Below, one piece after another: positions 53,760 through 64,000 of a stretch of DNA of 64,000 bases. Positions within the stretch are counted from its first letter, which is position 1. The number at the start of each line of letters is the position of its first letter. A model generated the notes under the pieces. It was not told where the DNA came from. It ran no database searches and worked only from the letters and a program-made list of their open reading frames with translations. The DNA is from Octopus sinensis. Taxonomy: Eukaryota. Where the stretch lies: NCBI RefSeq assembly GCF_006345805.1, contig NC_043020.1, positions 28,520,001 to 28,584,000 of the forward strand, given 5' to 3'. A program made the position numbers and the translations under genes.

Positions 53760-54218
53760 TATTTTTAAAGATTTAATGCCGTGCCTTTTCCTAAATTTTT
53801 GCAACCAGCCTGCAGAATATTCACAGCTACCCTTAATTTTCAGTTTGTTATGATAGATTTTTGCCTGTTTCGTGATCAGCAATGCATTAAGCGGGATGTG
53901 TTTACTCTGGCACTGACGAATCCATTCCATTAGAACACGATCGTGATCTTCATTTTTCGTTCTATGTAATTTTTTCCTGTACTTCATCAAGCTTTGATCA
54001 TCGCTTTCTTCATAGAACTTCAACAGTTTGTCCTTTTGTTTCTTCAGGTCGTAGACAGTCGTTGTTCCGACACCAAACTCCTCGGTCAATTGCTTCACAC
54101 TTACACCGCTCTCAAGTTTTTTCAACAACTTAACTTTCTGCGTTATAGTTAGACATAGATGTTTTCTCTTTTTCCTTTCACGATTACCCATGTGGGTATT
54201 TCCAGGCCTTTTCGGCAT
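53760..54218 (-). CDS. Candidate variable first exon V5: HTH_psq plus CENP-B HTH, 153 aa (paralogue of V4)
   Basis: MPKRP...KKRKHLCLTITQKVKLL...YSAGWLQKFRKRHGIKSLKI. Donor ATA|GTAAGC after 53760 (phase 0). Confidence 0.62.
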
Positions 54219-56599
54219 TTCCGACAATATCTTCTTCACGCCACAGGGCACAAAACAGGCGGCAATCACAAGTAACGAGCGAAGGTGTCACTCTGATGGC
54301 TGCTAACAAACTGCCGTCAAACGGGCAACTGATGACGGGAAAACTGCGCCCGGGGTAAGTGATGTCACGTGCCATAACGGCACACAACATCTGCACTTGG
54401 TGGAATTTTCCTAGCACTCTGTAGAATATTCTATTTGAGGTATGTCTTGTTAACATTCACAAAAAAAACTTTCGGATTTGGGAATTTCGGATAAAGGATT
54501 TTCAGCATGTATAGTCGATTAAATCGACCCCAGTAGTATGTGACTGATACTCCCTAATCAAGGAAGATGAAAAGTAAAGGCACTTTCGGTAGAATATAAA
54601 TTTTTAAAGATACTTTTACTACAGCAATGTACTTCCGTCCGCCACTCTACCAATCCAAAAGTTAGGATTATTTCAGGTTGTTGGTAGAATGAAAAACAGA
54701 GTTTTTTCAAGAAAATGCAGTTTTATGAAAATGTTTGGCCCGAGGTTTGGAAAGTGAAAAAAAAAAATCGTGAACACTCGAGGTCGCTACAACAGCTAAA
54801 TTTCCCGTTACTGAGGATCTCTCTTAATAATCCCACATACTTAATACACCAAAGACTACAGAACAAAAAATATCCTTTCCCTTTAGGGCCCGAAAATACT
54901 CGAGTCCCCAACAACTAACTTTCTACGAGGCCCGTGTGAGATCCAGAATGAAGTACCGCATTAAAAAAAAAAGGCCACTCGACAAAACCTGATATGAATT
55001 CGCTCATCATCTCTCCAAACTTCGGTGTCAAAGCATGTTGCCTCCTCTCAGTCATTTCTACTATTAGAGAGGCTTCTGCTTCTTTGAGCAAGTTGGTTTT
55101 GTGCCACTTCTACTCCAACACCATAGATTCGTCCATTCTCCCTCACGCCACCGCAGGCCAGTACGATCTTAGGAACTTTATAGGGCCCGGGAAAATCAAT
55201 GCACAGCTGTGAGTACTGAGTGACAACATACAAGCGAGGTTTAAACTATTGGGGGATCGTAATAAAATCTAGATAACCACAAATTCAATAATTTTATCAA
55301 ACGCAAACAACTCATGAGACCTATACTTCAAAATGTTTCAGAATATACACGGTATTTTGTCCGCCGTTATGTTCTAAGTTCAAATTCCGCCGATGTCGAC
55401 TTTGCCTTTCATCCTTTCGGGGTCGATAAATTTAGTACCAGTTACGCACAAGGGTCGATGTAATCGACTTAATCCTTTTGTATGCTCTTATTTGTCCCCT
55501 CTATGTTTAGCTCCCTGTGGGCAATAAAGAAATAAATATATACACTTAACCTATTCGAATATATTCGGGATATTCGATTTAAATCCTAAACCAACATCAC
55601 CTCCATCTTCTCAAAAGACTGCAGACTCAGGAAACTCTCTCCTCCCTTTCTATGTTCCTACAATGCATTAACCTCCCAAATTTCAACGTCCACGATGCTT
55701 TCGCCGTGGGAGGTAGACAGTAATACCTTTATTTCTTGGATACTACAAATAAATCAAACGAAATGTGTTGACATACAAGTTGTCTTGGTCTGTGATATAA
55801 ATTACATTGTTAGAGAAGGGCTTATAGAACTGAGTGCCCATAGTAACATCAACCATACAGTTACTAAGGCAGGTAAAGATGTGTGGAGATGTGAACTGTA
55901 ATATATTCCACATCTCTATATTTCAGCCGCCTAAAATCTTCAATGTGACTTTCCAAGTTTTTCTTCGGCAAGTTTTCACTTATTATAGAAGAAATACAAG
56001 TAAAGTTTGCTATTTTATTTGAAGGTATTTTTTTAAATGCAGTAAAAACTATCATCGCATCTCTTTACATTAACAGTCTCAGGCCAAGACAAAATAAAAG
56101 CTTGAAATAAAAGATTTTACTCTGAAATATATTTTAGCCGAGATGTGTGCCTTGCCGATGGAAGTTTGGGGCGAATAACGAACCATGTTAGAAAGAGAAC
56201 ATCTCAAATTTTTATAACTTTTTCCTTTTTACTAATTAACACCATGACTTTTATTTCACCCCAATTATCATAGCATAACTTAAGTGAAATACCTTTCTTA
56301 CAATGCTATAACCATGCAGCATTATAATTCGAATTATGTACATAACAATTTTATAACAGTCCCCAAAACTACCACAATATTAAATAATACCCTTTATCAA
56401 TACTTTAAATTTCAGCAGGCAACCATCTACCCTCTGCCATATAGACACTTTTTTTGTGTATTGTTACAATGCTCGCGTTCAACAGTGTTAAAAATAAAGT
56501 TAGTTTTACATTCGTTTAGCGTTGCAATGTCAGAATTATGTTAGAATCTATGTGCAATGGTGTTAAATATATAAAAAAAAAGACAATTACAGTTGTTTG

Positions 56600-57040
56600 T
56601 TATTGTGATGCCCCTTACCAGATTAGAACCCACGATCAATGATGTTAAAGTTAAGATGCATCCGTTTATATCTACATACCCCTATTCATGTTAATCCATG
56701 TTTAATAGCGTTAAATAAGTTATATATATATTTGTTTAATGTTACACTGACCCCAGTCGGATTAGAACCGACGTTTAATGGTGTTAAATCTTTTTTTTTT
56801 AATGTAATATACATCTGGCTATCGTTTACAGTGTACCCCATTCGGGGTGGACCCCACGTTTAATAGCGTTAAATAAATAAAGTTATATATATTTGTTTAA
56901 TTATAGATTGACCCCAGTCGGATTAGAACCGACGTTTAATGGTGTTAAATTTTTTTTTAAATGTAATATACATCTGGTTATCGGTGCAATGTGCCCCATT
57001 CGGGGTGGGCCCCCACGTTTAATGGTGTTAAATAAAGAGC
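56600..57040 (-). repeat. Array of six ~78-bp degenerate units with tRNA T-arm-like hairpins
   Basis: Each unit on - reads tttaac(a/g)c(c/t)attaaacgt...gggg. Alternate units carry GTCGG-TTCTAAT-CCGAC. Confidence 0.65.
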
Positions 57041-57083
57041 AGAACGGAAAGAGAGTCCAGGGGAGACAAATATATAAACTTAC

Positions 57084-57668
57084 ATTTTCCATCACCAAGT
57101 CCTCACTTTTCAATATCCTCAACATAAACAGTTCCGACTGCGACTGGTCATTCTTGTCGTTCCATCGACCCGTCGCCGGATTTGCTGACTTCACTGGACT
57201 CTTGTTGAATCTGGCCTTACTACAATGGTTCTTGTAATTTCCATGTCTGCGACTACTGCACCTCGGACACAGAGAAATATAGATTTTTATGGCTTCGGCC
57301 GTCACATTGGCATATAATTGACGGGTGATGTTCTGCATTCTGTTGATACCAGCATGAGAATGTGTTAAGTGAACAGCTTTCAGGGCTCGGAATAAATCCT
57401 CGTCGGCGATGTAAGGACGAACGGATTCCGAGTCTCTTCGTCTTCTTCTCTTAATTAGTTTGGTTCCTTGATCATTGGTGACCAAATCAAAACGGCGAGT
57501 TACATTGTATTCTTCCCCAGTCCAAGCGGTTTTCTTGTCCCAAGCCCCTTTCAAAATGAGCAGGTATTTGTTGTATTGTTCCTTTGTCATGCTAACTACA
57601 TTTTTACCTATTTTCTCATTTTTCTTCACTCTCCACGTTCTCAAGAATTCTTCTTCGGACGTCAACAT
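57084..57668 (-). CDS. Variable first exon V6: integrase-type H2C2 zinc-binding domain (KRBA2/Ginger2-like N-terminus), 195 aa, no DDE core
   Basis: ATG at 57668; DEDLFRALKAVHLTHSHAGINRMQNITRQLYANVTAEAIKIYISLCPRC. Donor AAT|GTAAGT after 57084 (phase 0). Confidence 0.78.
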
Positions 57669-60600
57669 GATGAGACAAGTTGTATTTACCTCATGTGTTT
57701 TCTCCTTACCCCTGGGCCGTTATCAAACGAGCAGGTTGGTGTTGGTCAGTTAGTTTCAAGTTGAGACACACGGACCAAATTTGATGTTTATTTTATACAC
57801 TATTTCCATGTACACTCCTTTCGGACGTGAGCTATTTATTATTTAAATTCAATTTTCTTTTTTAAATCCCCTTCCCGTGTTAGAAAAATAGACGAGGTAT
57901 AAATACCGAATTAATCTTGTTCCACTGGTTTCAGATGTCTATATAAAGTGGTGATATTTGAAGATATTATTGATCGTAATATGCCTATTTTTAACAAAAA
58001 TATCCCATCTATGAAGAGATATATTTATATGTGTTATCCGGATGGTTAACTCGCGATCCAAATATATCAGACTTATCCATAGATGTAATTTGCTATCCAG
58101 GGAAAAGATGTTAAAAAGAGATCTACAAAGAAAAATGTCCAGAGTGAAAAGATAGGCAAAAATATGCCAGTTGGGCGGGAAATAAAGTTTTATCAGTTGA
58201 GATAAATGGATTAGATTAAATAAATTGGAAACTATATCATAACGAAAAACATAGAATTCATTGCGATAATAAGGCAAATGTTGGATCGTAGAGCGAGTGG
58301 TATATATTACAAATCATATATAGTTTATGCAGTCTCAAAATAGATAAATGCACGATGCTTAAAAATGACAAAGACGTAAAACGAACAGCTTTAAAGAATA
58401 TATATATATATTGCTCAACTAAAATCGATATGCAGACATGTAATATTAATCGTATATAAAATTATATGGTTTTTCCTGAATAAGCCATCATTCCTTCTCA
58501 GAAAACAGTCTTAGTTCCATAAGGTGAAAGTAGTAAAATGAAATAAGGTCATAATTTCATCTCCAAGTGACATGGAAGTTAACTGAAACAAAATAATAAG
58601 TATGGTATATAAATATGTGCGCGTAGAAATGTTAGTCTGGTATAAAAAATATTTTGTTTAAGCAGTTTCTTTTAGATGTTTAGTTATCCGAAGTTTGTTT
58701 GCTTCCTTGGTCAGTTTCTATATCGTAGAATAAGAGCATTATATTCGGTAAATCTACACTAAGTAGGTGAATATGATAAAGTTCACAGCTGGTGAAATTC
58801 ATGAAATGTAGGCTGTTCGTTCTTACGGCATACAGAGGCCCGGGCCAGTTTCCTTGGCAACGAGGGAAGTGCTTTTGATTGATTGACTGTATCTAGAGAC
58901 GGCGGTGGCGGCGATGGTGGTGGTGACGGTGGCGGTTGTAATAGTTGTGCTATTTGCGTTGGTGGAGGAGCCGAGAGGGGTGTTGCTGTCAATGACGCTG
59001 GTAATGGTGGTGGCGGCGGCGGCGATGGTGCCGTATATGCGTATATTGCACATCTTTATATATTCCACGCTGACTGCTGCATTGTGTATGCTCAGATACT
59101 ATTAACATAAATATGCAATATTGGAGAGGTTAACCTGAATAAGGTGTGGTGGTAGCAGCAGATGTATGTATCTGATTTGTACATGTTTGTGTGTATTTTT
59201 AATCTATATATGATGCAAAACCAACTTGGCTCTAATGCATGCCTGCTGTAATTTGAGTGGCTAGCGCTTCGTCATTAACTTTCTATATACATGAATCTAA
59301 ACTTAAAATATATGGATACCGTATATAATTACATTATGTGCCAGCTTGCTAGTGCTCTGTCTACACATCTATCAAACACGTAGTTATAAGTGTATGTGTG
59401 TGCTTATAACACTAATAATGTATGTGTACTTTTAATGTAATGTATGCACGTTGGAGTGCTTAAGCTTAGAGCTGGACTACACCGGCTGAAATCAAACTGG
59501 AAAATTATAAACATCATAAGAGGTTTGTGAGTTGTAAACGGAATAAATTTGGTAGCGTTTTGGACTGTGCTTGTCACCAAAATGGGAAAGATATAGATGG
59601 AATTATATGGATTTCGATATTAGAGAAACAGAAAAAAGAAATATTGTGTGAAATGTTTGAAAAGAGGAAGGTAAGACAACTGCGCAGGGTGAATTGTAAG
59701 AGGGAGATAGAATAATGATCTCTTAAGAAAAGCTTAACGGGAACGGGTGGTTAGGGGGGGTCCCTAGGTGGAAACAAAGAGGGGACGCTAAAAGACAGGA
59801 CTGATTGTGAGAATCGGAAGGTTTTTCAAAGAGCAGAGAAAGGGAACAAGGATAAAAGAGGGAGAGAAAAAGGAATCGAGTAGAGTGAAAGGTCAGTGCA
59901 AGAAATGGAAAATGGTGACAAACACACACGTGTGTGTGTGTTTAATGTAACTGGAATCTTTATATATATATAAAAACCACCCTTTAAAAAAAAATTTTTT
60001 TCGACACAACCCCACCGCTTTTCGGCTACGGGGAATAGGAATATGCAAAAAAATTTTCCTTTTTCAAAATATGCAGGAAAATACGGAGATTATGGATTCT
60101 GAAAAAAATTTCCAAAAATTTTTGTAAATTTTTTTTTTTCTAAATATGGGGAAAAATTCGGACAAAAATTTTAAAACATTTCTGTGGTTACGGTTTTAGG
60201 GTTTAGGGGGTTTTAGGGTTGGAGAGAAAAGTCAAAATTGAAGAAGTTGGGGGGAATTTCACAATGGCAATTTTCTGGAACCTCCGTATCCGAAAACTGG
60301 GATTTTTGGCAAAAAAAATTTTTTTAATAAACAAATTTGGAAGAAAATGGGGGGGCGGGGATGGGCGAAAGTCTTTCCTTGTTAAGGGTTAATAAAGCCA
60401 TGAAAATGAATGGCACTTAAAAACACATCAGAAATAATTAATTTTAATATCCTGTCTAAGATAAACTATTAATAATTATGTTGTGATGGGTCATTAAAAG
60501 ATCATCATCATCGTTTAACGTCGGTTTTCCATGCTAGCATGGGTTAGACGATTTGACTGAGGACTGGTGAACCAGATGGCTGCACCAGGCTCCAATCTGA

Positions 60601-61760
60601 TCTAGCAAGGTTTCTACACAGATGCTCTTCCTAATGCCAACCGCTCCAAGAGTGTAATGGGTGCTTTTCACGTGCCACCGGCACGGGAGCCAGTCAGGCA
60701 GCACTGGCATTGGCCACGTTTGGATGGTGCATTTTTCGTACCACTGGCACAGGAGCCAGTCAGGGTGTAGGTGAAGGCTGGCATCAACCACATTTGGATG
60801 GTGCTTTTTACGTACCACTGACACAGGAGCTAGTCGGTGAGATGGTTGTTTTTGAGATAGCACCATACTTCCAACAGTTTTATGATATGCACCAGGTGGA
60901 CCTTATGCCTGATATAATGGATAAGCATTTTCTCTTTTGCACGAGCAATCCAAATTTTCCTTCCTAATAGGTTGACTTGAGATTAATGCCTGTAACACAA
61001 CTGTAACTGGTTTTCACAAAATCCCTGTTGAAAATTTTCCTACACCTACCTATGTTCTGCTTGTGTTTTATATTATTTTTTGTAATTTTATTGCAATTTA
61101 TCATGTGCCACCTAAAAGCACCTGGTACACTGTGTAAAGTGGTTGGTGTTTGGAAGGGCATCCAGCCATAGCGACCATACCAAAACAGACAAATGGAGCT
61201 TGGTGCAGCTCTCTGACTGGCCAGTTCTATGTTGAACTCTCCAACCCATACCAGCATGGAAAAACAGACGTTAACTGATGATGATGATGAAAATAATTAT
61301 TTAATATATTTATTGAAGCTGATACTTTGCAAAATGCTTTATGAAGTTTTCACTCCCAATAAATCTGTTGTGAGGGGTCAAACAGACAGTTGTTGGAGCA
61401 TTGGCTAGAAAGCTTCCCACTATTTGTTCTGGCCCTCAGTGATCTAAGTTCAATTTGTGCCTTTTATCCCTTCAGGATCAATAAAATAAAGTACTAGACC
61501 AGTGCAGAAAGCATCCCTTCTTTCTCTTTTTCTTTATCTGTTTGTCTCTCCTTCTCTCTCTATTTTCCTCCTTCTCTCTCTCTAAAAAAATTCAGCTGTG
61601 ACCAGAATTGCAGGGGAATGGGTCCCCTCTGATTTAAATCCCACAGATATTCCACATGTCATGTTGGAGTCCCTGTGACTCCATCAGTTGTTGAAAGCAC
61701 TGTACACATTTCATGCATACAAACATAACCTTGCACACACAAATAACCATTTATATAAAA

Positions 61761-62140
61761 CTAGCTGTACCACCCGGCATTGCTCAGGTTTGTTTCGACC
61801 CTTTAGAATAGGAATTTTTGAAAAGTAAAAATTTTACATTATGTAGCTTGTTATTCTCTTTAAGTGAACATTTTTCTGGTTGAAATACACCGAAAAACGG
61901 CGACACAGCAGTCAAAATATTGTAAAAATTAGGGATTTTCATAGAAAAAAAGCACCTTTTTGATGTAAATAATTTTTGGTGTTAACATGGTCCGATTTGA
62001 ATTTTACAGAAGGAAGAGCAAGCCTTCTATCATACTCTCAATTTTGGTGAACTTGCGCTGCAGGGTCTTGGAGGAGATAGTGTTAGTTGAAGCCTACCAA
62101 ACCTGCCATACACAGACAACTTCAGCTTTATATATAGAGA
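61761..62140 (-). mobile_element. Helitron-like element (same family as 31066 and 49411)
   Basis: actagctgtaccacccggcattgctcaggtttg at the left end and tatatagagaga at the right end. Confidence 0.6.
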
Positions 62141-64000
62141 GAGAGATAACATAAGTGTAGTGGAAGCTAAGGTTATAATCATAATGTCAGTGATATTATG
62201 CAAATGGCTACCATCAGTCGTACAAATGACTCAATGATCAGTTTTTATATCTTTGCAGGTTCCAGCCATCTTTTGGATGCATTGCATTCTGTTGCCTTGG
62301 CTACATTAAAAATACCAAACTTTGAGTCTCCATTATATTTCATTATGTTTTATTTCTTTTTATCTCCAGGTGACTCTTTTAAGACCTTTGATTGTAAGCA
62401 GGTGATACACACAACAGATAAGGTGATGAGATGGCAGAATCGTTGCTGTGCATTTTTAATTGGCATTGATGAAGCAGTCCACCACATAGTTTGTTCCTTG
62501 CTGTAGCATGGTAGCTTGTGTCCCTCAATGACCCTGGAGCTATGCCAGCAGAGCATAAGCTCCAGTTGAGCTGGCAGAGTGGTTAGCACGCCGGGCGAAA
62601 TGCTTAGCAGTATTTTGTCTGTCGCTACGTTCTGAGTTCAAATTCTGCCATGGTTGACTTTGCCTTTCATCCTTTCGGGGTTGATTAAATAAGTACCAGT
62701 TACGCACTGGGGTCAATATAATCGACTTAATCCATTTGTCCCCTCTCTGTGTAGCCCCTTGTGGGCAGTAAAGAAATAAGCAGAGCATAAGTTCCTGGTA
62801 GGTATTCCCATGCTGGACATGGCTAAGGACAGCGACCAGACTAATTAGGACTACCTCTTCCCAGAGATAAAAATGGGCCAGAAGCACTGATGCCATTTCA
62901 AAACCAATGAGCTAGGAAAAGAAGGTCACTCCTAATCTAAAAGCCCAGAGCCAAGAGCAGTGGAGAAAAGTTGTCAATGGCCTACATTTCATTGGGAGCA
63001 ATGGGCCTAAGTAATTGATAAAGTAACAGCTTTCTAAAAGTTCAGATTTAAATTAATGAATTTAGGTATTATATTGCTTGGTATTTTAGAAGTTTTGTTA
63101 TTTTGTATTGCTGCCTCAAAGCATAGGAATACCTACCAAGGACAGAAGCAACCAACAAATTGATTAGTCATGCAAGAATGAGTGCAGATTGGTTGAGAAG
63201 TTCAGTTCTCAACAATATGGTTCTGGATTTGATCCCGTTATGCAAGCATCTTCATCAGCTGCTTTCTATCAAAGCATTGAGTTGAGCAAAACTTTGTGAA
63301 TGGAATTTGGTCGATGGGACTACTACGTCCTACAATAGTTCCTTTGTGGTGAACTCCATCAGGGAAAGCGGATGGTTGTGGAGTAAAGGAAATGGTTAAG
63401 GTGCAAGGACTGCTGAAAAACATCTCTGAAAGGCTGCAACAAGTTTACAGGTGAATGACTGGTAGATGATGATGATGATGAAGGACTGTTGTTGGAGTTG
63501 GAACATTGTGCACTCAACAATTGGCCATTTTCACCATTGGTCCCTGTGCATGTCATGTGACAGCAACAGACACATGTATATAAAAGACGTATGAGCGTGA
63601 TCGTTGTTAGAGCTGGTGGCACGTAAAAGGGCACCATTCAAGCATGATTGTTACCAGCATCGCCTTACTGGCATTTGTGCCCGTGCTAGTAGGGTGCCAA
63701 GAGCACCATCCGAGCGTGATCGTTGCCAGAGCAGCCAACTGGCTTCCGTGCCAGTGACTCGTAAAAGGGCATCATTCGAGCGTGATCGTTACTAACGTCG
63801 CCTTACTGGCACCTGTGCCGGTGGCATGTGTAAAAAGATTCGAGCGAGGTCGTTGCCAGTACCGCCTGACTGGCCCCCCCTGTGCTGTGGCATGTAAAAA
63901 GCACCCACTACACTCTCAGAGTGGTTGGCATTAGGAAGGGCATCCAGCTGTAGAAACTCTGCCAGATCAAGATTGGAGCCTGGTGCAGCCATCAAGTTCA

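Larger units (their letters stand above)
51040..56680. repeat. Tandem segmental duplication (unit 1 ~51040-53285; unit 2 ~53285-56680 with an extra ~1.1 kb at ~54545-55680)
   Basis: 51052-52250 matches 53307-54540, and 52256-53275 matches 55680-56670. The identical 86-aa spurious ORF appears at 52882 and 56284. Confidence 0.9.

Noticed and set aside
59950-60420. TTTAGGG telomere-like repeats at ~60190-60220
   Set aside because: Only about three imperfect units in a homopolymer-rich stretch that looks noisy; more likely a repeat remnant or low-quality sequence.

Overview
AT-rich, repeat-dense eukaryotic DNA, most likely an octopus or other coleoid cephalopod. That assignment is inferred from the SINE families and long (TA)n tracts and was not confirmed by a search. 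Two convergent loci are present. (1) The 3' part of a TBC1D25/OATL1-like Rab-GAP gene on + (exons 1-96, 2649-2801, 3253-5633, all splice phases compatible). (2) On the - strand, three constant exons encoding a BTB/POZ protein (18095-17950, 16746-16596, 15821-14889; 409 aa), preceded over about 40 kb by six ATG-initiated ORFs. Each encodes a catalytically truncated transposase-derived domain: Crypton tyrosine recombinase/DUF3504, two FLYWCH, two psq-HTH+CENP-B HTH, and an integrase H2C2 finger. Each ends in a GT donor in phase 0, matching the phase-0 acceptor of the first constant exon. My main inference is a variable-first-exon array that fuses alternative transposon-derived DNA-binding domains to one shared BTB module. 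Some members still sit inside recognisable transposons (TIRs/TSDs), so they may represent different stages of recruitment. This needs RNA evidence. The rest of the window is SINEs, RTE/CR1/Penelope fragments (with hammerhead ribozymes), MITEs, Helitron-like elements, long inverted repeats, a tandem duplication and AT satellites.
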